A stretch of DNA of 64,000 bases. Origin: Burkholderiales bacterium (GTDB lineage: Bacteria > Pseudomonadota > Gammaproteobacteria > Burkholderiales > JACQAP01). Position 1 is the first letter of the stretch. Every line of letters starts with the position of its first letter. A model generated the notes under the pieces. It made no database searches, was not told the DNA's origin, and saw nothing but the letters and a program-made list of their open reading frames with translations. The stretch is taken from contig DATENC010000004.1 in NCBI GenBank assembly GCA_035275265.1, forward strand, positions 75,843 through 139,842. The letters run 5' to 3'. Positions 45,354 through 53,914 of this stretch are shown in pieces. The position numbers were made by a program, and so were the translations under genes.

Positions 45354-45539
45354 ATGGCCAAATACGGACCGAAAGCAGCTAGTAAGGTCAGAAAAGCGAT
45401 GCATGAGCGCAAGAAAGGAACATTGAAAAGCGGAATATCCGGAAAAAAAGTAACGAGTCGCAAGCAGGCGATTGCAATAGGCCTGTCCCAGGCAAGAAAA
45501 GCCGGAGCGAAAGTGCCGCGTCCGAAAAAGAAAAAATAA
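45354..45539 (+). CDS. small basic conserved protein (DUF6496-like)
   Basis: MAKYGPKAASKVRKAMHERKKGTLKSG.SGKKVTSRKQAIAIGLSQARKAGAKVP pattern. The family name is recalled from memory and was not searched. Confidence 0.6.
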   Translation: MAKYGPKAASKVRKAMHERKKGTLKSGISGKKVTSRKQAIAIGLSQARKAGAKVPRPKKKK

Positions 45540-45554
45540 CAGAAGGTATTCGCG

Positions 45555-45845
45555 ATGAGGCTCCACAGACCCGAACCGCCGGTCGACTACCCGGGTAATC
45601 AGCCCCCCAAACCGCCCCCTATCGACCGGCCGCCGCCGGTCAAGGAACCGCCACCGATAGATCCGGGCACTCGGCCCCCTGTCAACCCGCCCCCTATCGA
45701 TCGGCCGAGGCCCGTCAAAGAACCGCCGCCGGCAGACCCCGCCGGTCAGCCGCCCGTCCAGCCGCCTCCCATCGATCGGCCGCCGCCGGTCAGAGACCCA
45801 CCGCAGAGACCGCCACGGAAGGATCCGCCGGTGAGAAAGCGCTGA
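45555..45845 (+). CDS. proline-rich tandem-repeat protein ([14 protein letters not shown] x3)
   Basis: ATG after AGAAGG. Three copies of a roughly 23-26-aa Pro-rich unit. Directly upstream of folE. Confidence 0.45.
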   Translation: MRLHRPEPPVDYPGNQPPKPPPIDRPPPVKEPPPIDPGTRPPVNPPPIDRPRPVKEPPPADPAGQPPVQPPPIDRPPPVRDPPQRPPRKDPPVRKR

Positions 45846-45889
45846 GCAGAATCGAGTACTGTGTGCTCTTCACGAACGAGCGCGAAAGG

Positions 45890-46468
45890 ATGGCGATGGT
45901 TCCGAATACCGAAAAAATCAGCAGTCTGGTGCGTCAGTTGTTGATCGAATTGGGTGAAGACCCCGCGCGGGAAGGATTGCTCAAGACCCCCACGCGGGTC
46001 GCAGCCGCACTGGAATACCTCACATCAGGCACTCGGACCGACCCGAAGAGGGTCATCAACGACGCCATTTTCACGCAAGAGACCAACAGCATGGTCATCG
46101 TAAAAAACATCGAGGTCTACAGTCTGTGCGAGCACCACATGCTGCCGTTCTTCGGCCGCTGCCATATCGGCTACATCCCGAGCGGCAAGGTCTTCGGCGT
46201 CAGCAAACTGGCGCGCCTGGTCGACATGTACGGGCGCCGGCTGCAACTCCAAGAACGCCTCACCGAGCAGATCTCGAGAGCCGTGATGGATGCGATCGGC
46301 GCGCAAGGCGTCGGCGTGATGATTGAAGCGCGGCATCTTTGCATGATGATGCGGGGTGTCGAAAAACAGAACTCGGTAATGATCACTTCGTCCGTGGTCG
46401 GAACTTTCCGCGATTCGGTCGCGACCCGCGAGGAGTTTCTGGCGCTGATCGGCAATCGAAATGACTAA
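45890..46468 (+). CDS. folE: GTP cyclohydrolase I
   Basis: [18 protein letters not shown] and QLQERLT motifs. Confidence 0.9.
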   Translation: MAMVPNTEKISSLVRQLLIELGEDPAREGLLKTPTRVAAALEYLTSGTRTDPKRVINDAIFTQETNSMVIVKNIEVYSLCEHHMLPFFGRCHIGYIPSGKVFGVSKLARLVDMYGRRLQLQERLTEQISRAVMDAIGAQGVGVMIEARHLCMMMRGVEKQNSVMITSSVVGTFRDSVATREEFLALIGNRND

Positions 46469-46502
46469 CGGGTGCAAGGGCAGCTCCCTAAAAAAAGAAA
46501 AA

Positions 46503-46535
46503 GGCCCGACAACGAAGCCGTCGGGCCATTTTTAC
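46503..46535 (+). terminator. intrinsic terminator after folE
   Basis: GGCCCGAC / GTCGGGCC 8-bp stem followed by ATTTTT. An A-run upstream allows some bidirectional action. Confidence 0.8.
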
Positions 46536-46561
46536 TGCTAACCTCAAGACGAAGAGACTGA

Positions 46562-46699
46562 CTAGAGATAGAGACTGAACATCCAGGCAGCGAACAGAAT
46601 CACGCAAAAGATCTGCGCGATAGCCAAAAGGGCCGTGTAGCGCATGATGGTCGGCGTCTCCAACGACACTCTCCATCCTCGCAACAGGTTCGAGTTCAT
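46562..46699 (-). CDS. possible small hydrophobic membrane peptide (45 aa)
   Basis: ATG 7 nt after a perfect AAGGAG. C-terminal TM helix YTALLAIAQIFCVILFAAWMF. Bracketed by two intrinsic terminators. Confidence 0.45.
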   Translation of the reverse strand: MNSNLLRGWRVSLETPTIMRYTALLAIAQIFCVILFAAWMFSLYL

Positions 46700-46810
46700 G
46701 ATCCAGCTCCTTGCTTGCCCATGGACAGCGAAAGTTTGAAGTATTCGCCATCCTGCGGTCTGTTCTGTAGCGCACATTGGAGGGCAGGTGAAGGAGGGAG
46801 GAAGCCGGGA

Positions 46811-46839
46811 TAAAAAAACGGGCACCCGAAGGTGCCCGT
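46811..46839 (-). terminator. intrinsic terminator after the 46879-47151 gene
   Basis: ACGGGCACC / GGTGCCCGT 9-bp stem with a CGAA loop. On the minus strand it is followed by a U7 run. Confidence 0.85.
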
Positions 46840-46878
46840 TAGTCCGTGAAGCGCCGCTGACGCGCTTCACCGGCCACT

Positions 46879-47151
46879 TCACATCTGGCCGTGTTTCTTC
46901 TTGGCCGCATCAACACATTTCTGGCGATCGCCAGTGTTGTTGATGGCCTCGCACTTCTTCAGGGCAGCGAGATACTCCGCTGACTTCTGTTCGGTGCCGG
47001 GCGTGGTTTGGCTCGGTTGGTTGCCGGGTGTGGTTTGGTTCTGGCTCTGGCCGCTCTGCGTGTTTGGATACGGTTCGTCGGCCGCACTGACGAAACCGCT
47101 TGCGGCCAACGCGAGTGTGCCGGCGGTAAGCAGGGAAAGTAATTTGCTCAT
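46879..47151 (-). CDS. small secreted protein with one Cys-pair motif (KCE...D.QKC..AAKKK)
   Basis: Signal peptide MSKLLSLLTAGTLALAASGFVSA, a Q/T/P-rich linker, and the same C-x10-C motif as the 41747-42349 product. Confidence 0.7.
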   Translation of the reverse strand: MSKLLSLLTAGTLALAASGFVSAADEPYPNTQSGQSQNQTTPGNQPSQTTPGTEQKSAEYLAALKKCEAINNTGDRQKCVDAAKKKHGQM

Positions 47152-47187
47152 GTCACATCTCCTTCCTTTTTGAGTGATCCTTCCAAG

Positions 47188-47335
47188 GATTCACGTCGTT
47201 GTAAAAGAATCACGACGATAAAAAAGATTCACGACCATTGCCTCGCAAGCTACCGCAAGGCAACTTCAGGCGTCGTACGTCGTGCTGCTTTGGCGCGACC
47301 AATGCGGGCCGCGTCGTGAAGTTAGTCACGCGTCG
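47188..47335. promoter_or_regulatory. array of TCACG(A/T)CG boxes upstream of the 46879-47151 gene
   Basis: Three direct copies at 19-bp spacing: GATTCACGTCG 47188, GAATCACGACG 47207 and GATTCACGACC 47226. Inverted copy CGTCGTGAA at 47312-47320 and a related AGTCACGCGTCG at 47324-47335. Confidence 0.5.
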
Positions 47336-47487
47336 CGGCATTCAGTTCGGAAAAAAAAGTTGTTCCGATCGGCGTGTCGCTGATCGGCGACGGAAGTGAG
47401 ATGAATGTTAACGTGCCGACGCTGGTGCGCGGGCTTGCGGGCAATTCAAACGAAATTTCTTGCCGGGACGCACCCCGCGATTGCTAC

Positions 47488-48777
47488 TCAGCTCTCAACG
47501 AGATTGCGGAGACGGCGGAGGATCTCGACCGCGCGATCGAACTGGCAATCAACTTCCGCCGGAGCGACATTCGCTGGAGGCTCCGTCAGAACTTTCGCCG
47601 CCGGCGCGCCGACCGCCGCAGCCTCGCTACAGGCGCCACCGATGGATGACTGTTCGACGGCAATGTCAGGCATGAGACCGGTGCCCTGGATCTTGCGTCC
47701 ATCTGGAGTGCTGTAATAGGCCGTAGTGAGTTTCAACGCGGAGCCGGCGCTCAGCGGCAGCACGACCTGCACCGAACCTTTTCCGAAAGTTCTCGTTCCG
47801 ACAATCGTGGCGCGGCCATGACCTTGCAACGCTCCGGCGACGACTTCAGCGGCGGACGCCGAGCTGCCGTTGACCAGCACTACCAACGGCACAATCTTAA
47901 GGGCGGTGCGCAGCGTCGAATAGTCCTCACCGCCCGGGACGTATGCCGGTTTTGCGAGCAAGCGCATGCGCGATTGTTCCGAGGCGCTTTCGGTGTACAC
48001 CACCAGAGCGTCTTCGGGCAGGAAGGTGGCGGAAACACCGACCGCCGACTTGAGCACTCCGCCGGGATTGTCCCGCAAGTCGAGGATGACGCCTTTCAAT
48101 CCACCGGTCTGCTGATAACCGCCAGCCAGCGCGGCGATCATGCTTTCGGCGGTATGCTTGTGGAAATGCGTAATCTTCAAATAGAAGTAGGCGCTGTCGA
48201 TCGTTTTGGACTTCACGCTGCGGGCCTGGACGATCGCCCGTTTGACGGTGACTACGCGGGGATCAGCAATGCCCTTGCTTAAAACGGTTAGCGCGATGCT
48301 GCTGTCGGGTTCGCCTCGTGCGTGCTGGATCGCTTGTTCGAGCGTCAGCCCGGCAACGTCGGTTTCGCCGAACCTGGTGATGAGGTCCCCGGACTGCAGG
48401 CCGGCACGGTGCGCAGGAGAATCCTCGAACGCTGTGATGACCTTGACGGCACCCTTCTCCAGGCTGACCTCCATGCCGAGGCCGCCAAAGACGCCGCCGG
48501 TCTCCAGGCGCAATTCGTTGTAGGCATCGGGTTCAAGGTAATAGGAGAATGGGTCAAGGGCGGCAACCATGCCCTTGATGGCGTTGGAGACAAGTAACTT
48601 TTCGTCCAGACGATCGGCGTAGCGGGATTTGATCTGATCGTAGGCTTCGGAAAATTCGCGGACTGCGTCAAATTTCTCCGCCTGGTCCGCAATTGCTAGC
48701 GGGGCAGCCTGCACAAAAATGGCCAGTGCAAAGCCGAGTCGGAACCCCTTTGCCGCCGTCGGGCCGATGCATCCCAT
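47488..48777 (-). CDS. S41 family C-terminal processing peptidase
   Basis: PDZ-like segment (SPAHRAGLQSGDLI), then DLRDNPGG and SASA(A)E...GTRTFGKG catalytic-region motifs. Confidence 0.85.
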   Translation of the reverse strand: MGCIGPTAAKGFRLGFALAIFVQAAPLAIADQAEKFDAVREFSEAYDQIKSRYADRLDEKLLVSNAIKGMVAALDPFSYYLEPDAYNELRLETGGVFGGLGMEVSLEKGAVKVITAFEDSPAHRAGLQSGDLITRFGETDVAGLTLEQAIQHARGEPDSSIALTVLSKGIADPRVVTVKRAIVQARSVKSKTIDSAYFYLKITHFHKHTAESMIAALAGGYQQTGGLKGVILDLRDNPGGVLKSAVGVSATFLPEDALVVYTESASEQSRMRLLAKPAYVPGGEDYSTLRTALKIVPLVVLVNGSSASAAEVVAGALQGHGRATIVGTRTFGKGSVQVVLPLSAGSALKLTTAYYSTPDGRKIQGTGLMPDIAVEQSSIGGACSEAAAVGAPAAKVLTEPPANVAPAEVDCQFDRAVEILRRLRNLVES

Positions 48778-48796
48778 GATCCCTCTTCACAGCCAA

Positions 48797-48884
48797 AAAG
48801 ATGTAGTTATAGTACGACAAAAATGTAGTCTTTTCTTGGCAATATGTAGTTCTTTTGTTTTCAAACGTGTAGCTATCACGGGAT
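48797..48884. promoter_or_regulatory. four phased direct repeats (about 22 bp, core ATGTAGT) in an AT-rich divergent promoter region
   Basis: TGTAG cores at 48802, 48824, 48845 and 48868, with spacings of 22, 21 and 23 bp. Each is preceded by an A-run. Confidence 0.55.
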
Positions 48885-49035
48885 ATTTCGTGTGGACTTC
48901 TGAAGCCCCGTTTTGCCCCAATACACCTGCGCCGGTCTCCGGTGCAGACACCTTGGCCCCTAGCGCGGCGGCCACCATGTTCACGCGATTTGGTCATACG
49001 CGAGCCCGCCACGAGAGCCACAGGATATTCAAACG

Positions 49036-49749
49036 ATGAACAAGGACATGAAAACGCTAGAGGGCAAGGTTGTAGTCGTCACCGGCGGCTTCGGACAACT
49101 TGGTCTCGCGGTTGCGCGCGCAGCAAGCGACGCAGGTGCGCGGGTGGCAGTACTGGACCGCGCCCGGCCGCCGGCTGAGGGCGCTCTGCCTGCCGGCGCT
49201 TTGGCGCTGGGCGAGCTCGACCTCGCCGAGCCGGACGCTGCGGCGCGGGCCCTCGATCAGGTGGTCTCCCGGTTCGGCGGATTGGACGCCCTGGTTAACG
49301 TCGCGGGCACCTTCCGTTGGGAAACGCTCGAAAAAGGCAGCCTGGCAACGTGGGATCTGCTTTATCGGGTGAATCTGCGCAGCGCGGTGAGTACCTCGCG
49401 GGCGGCACTACCGCACCTGATGCGACGGGGCGGAGGACGCATCGTCAATATCGGCGCCGGCGCCGCCGCAGCCAAGGCCGGAGCCGGCATGGGTGCATAT
49501 TCCGCTTCGAAGGCCGGAGTGGCCAAGTTCACCGAAGCGCTGGCCGATGAACTGAAGGACCACGACATCACGGTCAACGCCGTGCTGCCCAGCATCATCG
49601 ATACGCCGGCGAATCGCGCGGATATGCCGGACGCGGACTTCAGTCGCTGGGTTACGCCCCGCGCCATTGCCGACGTCATCGTGTTCCTGTTGTCGGAGCA
49701 GGCACGTCCAATGACCGGTGCGCTGATTCCGGTTTCGGGGCGGGTTTAG
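49036..49749 (+). CDS. SDR family oxidoreductase
   Basis: VTGGFGQLG, and the catalytic motif YSASKAG. Confidence 0.8.
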   Translation: MNKDMKTLEGKVVVVTGGFGQLGLAVARAASDAGARVAVLDRARPPAEGALPAGALALGELDLAEPDAAARALDQVVSRFGGLDALVNVAGTFRWETLEKGSLATWDLLYRVNLRSAVSTSRAALPHLMRRGGGRIVNIGAGAAAAKAGAGMGAYSASKAGVAKFTEALADELKDHDITVNAVLPSIIDTPANRADMPDADFSRWVTPRAIADVIVFLLSEQARPMTGALIPVSGRV

Positions 49750-49780
49750 GGTCTAGTATCGCGAAAATCTTGCGCAGACC

Positions 49781-50740
49781 TCACTCCGCCGTCAATTGCA
49801 GTTTGCGGACCAGATTGCCGTAGGTCTCCCATTCCTGGCGCACGAATGCGGCGAAACCGGCAGGAGAAGAAACAGCGGCTTCCGCACCTGTAACGGCAAG
49901 ATGCGTCTGCACCGCCGGCGCGGCAAGGGCGGCAGCCACCTCTCGGTTCAGTTTCTCGGTCAATTCAGCAGACGTTCCTGCCGGCGCGAAGAAACCGGCC
50001 CAGGTATCGAGCGCGTAAGTCGGGTACCCGGATTCCACTATGGTCGGGACCTCCGGCAGGATCGCAGCACGCTGACGGCTCGTCACCGCCAGCGCGCGCA
50101 GTTTGCCCGCCCGGATATGCGGGAGCACCACAACGTAGCCGCTCATCATCAGCGGCACGCGTCCGGCAAGCACATCAGTCAGTGCCTGGCCATCGCCGCG
50201 GTAGGGGACGTGCAACAGGTCGATACCGGCGACCTGCTTGAACAACTCTGTCGCCAAATGCGGCAGCCCACCGGTGCCGCTTGACGCATACCCCAGCGGT
50301 TGCGGCTGGATGCGTGCCAGCGTGACGAGTTCCTTGATGGAAACGACCTGAAGGTCGGGATGCGCAACCAGCACCATCCCGGATACATAAGCCTGCGCCA
50401 CTGGCACGAAATCCTTGATCGGGTGGTAGCCCGCGCTAGTGTAAATGTGCGGGCTGACCACATGGCTATTGTTGGTAAAAAGCAGGGTTGATCCATCCGG
50501 TTTTGATCTGGCCACGGCAAGGGCGCAGATGGTTCCGCCTGCGCCCGGCTTATTCTCGACGATGACGCGCTGCCTGAGCCGCTGACCGATTGCGTCGGCA
50601 ATCACGCGGGCGCGCGCATCGAGACTGCTGCCGGCGGTGACGGGAACGAGGATGCGAATCTCGCTCGGCAGGTTCTCGGCCAGCAGCGAAGTCGCTGCCA
50701 GCACCAACACAAGAGCTGCGCACGTTGGCGCCAGTCGCAT
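49781..50740 (-). CDS. Bug family tripartite tricarboxylate transporter substrate-binding protein
   Basis: Signal peptide, then ENKPGAGG and ASSGTGG.PHL motifs typical of Bug/TctC. No tctAB genes are adjacent. Confidence 0.85.
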   Translation of the reverse strand: MRLAPTCAALVLVLAATSLLAENLPSEIRILVPVTAGSSLDARARVIADAIGQRLRQRVIVENKPGAGGTICALAVARSKPDGSTLLFTNNSHVVSPHIYTSAGYHPIKDFVPVAQAYVSGMVLVAHPDLQVVSIKELVTLARIQPQPLGYASSGTGGLPHLATELFKQVAGIDLLHVPYRGDGQALTDVLAGRVPLMMSGYVVVLPHIRAGKLRALAVTSRQRAAILPEVPTIVESGYPTYALDTWAGFFAPAGTSAELTEKLNREVAAALAAPAVQTHLAVTGAEAAVSSPAGFAAFVRQEWETYGNLVRKLQLTAE

Positions 50741-50963
50741 GGCCACACCTCCCTGGTATTCTCCAACTTTCAATCGTTTCGCGAAAACCCGGTGGATTTG
50801 GCCTGATTCTCACATGCTCCGGACGTCCGGGAAGCACGGTCACAACGCGTCTGAAATCAAGGGATCTGCCACAAGGCTGCTCAGAATGAAACTTGCCGGA
50901 GGAACCGCAGTAGCCTACACTGCGCACCCGCTAACTCGAAGTATGCTTCAGAGGGCTACCTGA

Positions 50964-51239
50964 ATGAAAACGACGATTCTTCAATATCTTAGAACCAATG
51001 GCGAGCAATTGGACGCCGAGATTGCCAAGGCGCTCCACATGCCTAAGGCCGTGGTTCTAGATCACATTTCACAACTTTCATCGGCGGGAGAGGTGATCTG
51101 CTGCCAGGTGACGCGCTATTTCGGCGGCAAACAGATCGAGGGCGTGAGTTGCCGGCTCTCCGCCTACGTGCCGCCGCGAGCCACCGGGCCCAAACCCGGC
51201 GCGAAACGAGGCGCCGACGTCGATTTGAATGCCGCATGA
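50964..51239 (+). CDS. small putative winged-helix protein (91 aa)
   Basis: ILQYLRTNGEQLDAEIAKALHMPKAVVLDHISQLSSAGEV resembles a wHTH. Followed by a strong bidirectional terminator. Confidence 0.45.
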   Translation: MKTTILQYLRTNGEQLDAEIAKALHMPKAVVLDHISQLSSAGEVICCQVTRYFGGKQIEGVSCRLSAYVPPRATGPKPGAKRGADVDLNAA

Positions 51240-51295
51240 GGCACTAAACCGGCGTAGGCGACGATAGAAGCGCTACGCCGCTTCCATTGACAGAA

Positions 51296-51336
51296 AGAAA
51301 AACCCCCGCCATTTTTTTGGGCGGGGGTTTTTCTTT
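51296..51336. terminator. bidirectional intrinsic terminator between convergent genes
   Basis: AACCCCCGCC / GGCGGGGGTT 10-bp stem, flanked by an A-rich run upstream and a T-run downstream. Confidence 0.85.
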
Positions 51337-51357
51337 CAAGGTTAGTACCGCCAAAAT

Positions 51358-52878
51358 CTAGATCGCGCGCAGCTCCAGTTGCCGCTCGAACTGCAGGCTC
51401 TCCTGATCGCGGTAGATCGTCGCCAGCGCACGCGTCTTTTGGCCGGCTATGAAGCGCACCGCCGCGTTGTGCTCGTCGAAGCTGCCCTCGATCTCGATTC
51501 GATCCCACGCGCTCGCGTGACCGACGTAATTGATGCCCACGTCGTAGTGCGCGCTCCAGAAAAACGGCACCGCGTCGAACTTCTCCCGCGCGCCGAGCAT
51601 GTTGCGCGCCGCCGTTTGTCCCTGCCGCTCGGCCACCACCCAATGTTCGACGCGGATCCGCTCGCCCGAGTGGTGATCCGGCCAGCGCGCGATATCCCCG
51701 GCGGCGAACACGCCCGCCACGCTGGTCTGCAGGTATTCGTCGACGAGTACGCCGCGGTCAACAGCCAGGCCGGCCTTCTCGGCCAATGACAACGCCGGTC
51801 GCACGCCGACGCCGATAACGACCAGTTCGGCAGGCACGCGCTCGCCGTTGTCGAGCGTCACCGACTTCTCGTCAATCGCCTGCGGCCGCATACCCAAATG
51901 GAACGACACGCCATGCTCTTCGTGAACCTTGCGGATAAAAGCGCCAAGCTCCGGGCCCATGACCTTTGCGAGCGGTACGGCGTCCAGACCGACCACGTGG
52001 ACGTCAACTTTGCGGGCGCGAAGCGAGGCGGCGACCTCCAGGCCGATGAAGCTGGAGCCGACAACGACTGCATGCTGGGCCTTCCCGGCCGCGGCGATGA
52101 TGGCGCGGCTGTGACCGAGGGTGCGGAGATAATGCACGTGCGGCAAATCGGCCCCGGGCAGTTCCAGCTTGACCGGATCGGCGCCGGTAGCAAGCAGCAG
52201 CTTGTCGTATTGGAAGGCGCGACCGCCATCGAGAATGACTTGTTTGCGCGCGGTGTCGATAGAGTTTGCCCGCGCGCCTAGCACCAGTTCAATCGCTTGC
52301 TCATCGAAGAACTCGCGCGGACGAAGCGGCATCCATTCTTCGGGCGCGGTGCCGGCCAGGTAGTCCTTGGATAAATTGGGACGATCAACAGGCAAGTCCG
52401 TGTCCGCGCCGATCAACACCAACTGCCCTCGGTAACCCTCGCGACGCAAAGTCTCGGCAGCGGAGTGGCCGGCGGCTCCGGCACCGACAATGACGATCCG
52501 CGCCGGCGCATCATCGGGACTGGCGGGCACTTCACGCTCGGGCAAGCGTTTGCCCACCCGCACGCGCTCACTCTGCTGAATCACCTGGTAGCACGGAATC
52601 GGGTTTAGCGCCGGCGCGCGCAACGGTGCGCCGGTGCGCAAATCGAAACACGCGTGGTGCCACGGACAACGCACCGTTCCCTCCACGAGCAGACCTTCGT
52701 TGAGCGGTCCGGAGTAGTGAGTGCAGGTGGCACCGACCGCGAATATCTCCTCGCCACGGCGCGCCAACAGGACGGCCTCACCGGCTGCGTGGCCAAGCAT
52801 CATCTTGCCGTCGGCCAGTTCCGATAGCGCAACACCTTTGGACAGGTCCGGCCCGCTCAGTTTCTGTTTTTCGCCCAT
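51358..52878 (-). CDS. Rieske [2Fe-2S] domain fused to an FAD-dependent pyridine nucleotide-disulfide oxidoreductase
   Basis: CTHYSGPL...CPWHHACF Rieske motif, then IVGAGAAG and VVGSSFIG dinucleotide motifs. Confidence 0.85.
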   Translation of the reverse strand: MGEKQKLSGPDLSKGVALSELADGKMMLGHAAGEAVLLARRGEEIFAVGATCTHYSGPLNEGLLVEGTVRCPWHHACFDLRTGAPLRAPALNPIPCYQVIQQSERVRVGKRLPEREVPASPDDAPARIVIVGAGAAGHSAAETLRREGYRGQLVLIGADTDLPVDRPNLSKDYLAGTAPEEWMPLRPREFFDEQAIELVLGARANSIDTARKQVILDGGRAFQYDKLLLATGADPVKLELPGADLPHVHYLRTLGHSRAIIAAAGKAQHAVVVGSSFIGLEVAASLRARKVDVHVVGLDAVPLAKVMGPELGAFIRKVHEEHGVSFHLGMRPQAIDEKSVTLDNGERVPAELVVIGVGVRPALSLAEKAGLAVDRGVLVDEYLQTSVAGVFAAGDIARWPDHHSGERIRVEHWVVAERQGQTAARNMLGAREKFDAVPFFWSAHYDVGINYVGHASAWDRIEIEGSFDEHNAAVRFIAGQKTRALATIYRDQESLQFERQLELRAI

Positions 52879-52957
52879 CACGTCCTCCACGAAAGGGGGA
52901 TGGACAACATACCGCATCGTCCGAAAAAGTGCGTCTGACTGCCGTTTAAGCCTGGAG

Positions 52958-53854
52958 CTATGCCGCTACCGGCACGGGGATTCCTTCCTGTTCGCACGTC
53001 GGCGCAACGTCGGACACGGTGGCGCGCTGCATGTCACGCGGCCAGCGCAAGTCGTCGTAGCCCTTGCCACGATGCATGGTGCAGCGGTTGTCCCACATCA
53101 CGAGGTCGTACAGGCGCCACCGGTGGGTGTAGACGAACTGCGGCTGGGTGGCGTGCTCGACGAGTTGGCGCAACAGTGCCGTGCCGTCCTCATCCTTCAT
53201 GCCGAATATACGTCCGGCGTGGGAAGCCAGATAGAGCCCCATGCGTCCGGACCCGGCGTGCCGGCGCACCAGGGCCTGCGGCACGGGCGGCAGCATCTGA
53301 TTTTCTTCATCTGAAAAGTCGGTGAAACCGAGTTTTCTGCGCGAATACATTATTGCGTGTTCGGCAACCAACCCGCGCAGGCGCTGCTTCGTTTCATCCG
53401 CAAGGGCGTCGTAAGCGGCGCGCATGTCGGCGAATTCGGTCTGGCCGCCGACCGGCGGAATGCTGCGTGCGTAAAGCAGCGAGGCTTTCGCAGGCACGCG
53501 GCGGAAGGAGCTATCCGTATGCCACATGCGGTTGGCCATTTCGAACATGCGTTTGCGGCTCTCCTTGCCCCAGATCGACTCGCCTGCATCCAGGTTGGAA
53601 ACGTCCGAAATTTCGGCGCGAACACGCAGCTTGGCGTCGTTGCGCACGGCATGGATGCTCGTTTCCAGGGGACCGAAGTTGCACGCGAAATCGAGGTGCT
53701 GATCGGTCGACAGATGCTGGTCGGGAAATATCAGCACAGAGTAACGATTGAAAGCCGTTTCGATTTGCGCGCAGTCTTCGCGCAACAGGGGTATAGCGAG
53801 GTCGATATCTCCGATCTCAGCGGCGAAACTTTCGTTGACGGGGTAGACAGTCAT
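52958..53854 (-). CDS. TauD/TfdA family Fe(II)/2-oxoglutarate dioxygenase
   Basis: WHTDSSF (HxD), GGQTEFADM, and a C-terminal WDNRCTMHRG pattern. Confidence 0.85.
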   Translation of the reverse strand: MTVYPVNESFAAEIGDIDLAIPLLREDCAQIETAFNRYSVLIFPDQHLSTDQHLDFACNFGPLETSIHAVRNDAKLRVRAEISDVSNLDAGESIWGKESRKRMFEMANRMWHTDSSFRRVPAKASLLYARSIPPVGGQTEFADMRAAYDALADETKQRLRGLVAEHAIMYSRRKLGFTDFSDEENQMLPPVPQALVRRHAGSGRMGLYLASHAGRIFGMKDEDGTALLRQLVEHATQPQFVYTHRWRLYDLVMWDNRCTMHRGKGYDDLRWPRDMQRATVSDVAPTCEQEGIPVPVAA

Positions 53855-53914
53855 TGCCTTCTCCCATTTTTATCGTCAGGGTGTCTGCGAACTATAGCCG
53901 GGACGTGCACCATG

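Noticed and set aside
48797-48884. Replication origin (iterons or oriC)
   Set aside because: There are four 22-bp direct repeats in AT-rich DNA, but I saw no DnaA boxes (TTATCCACA-like) and no rep, dnaA, dnaN or par genes nearby. I kept it as a regulatory-repeat finding only.
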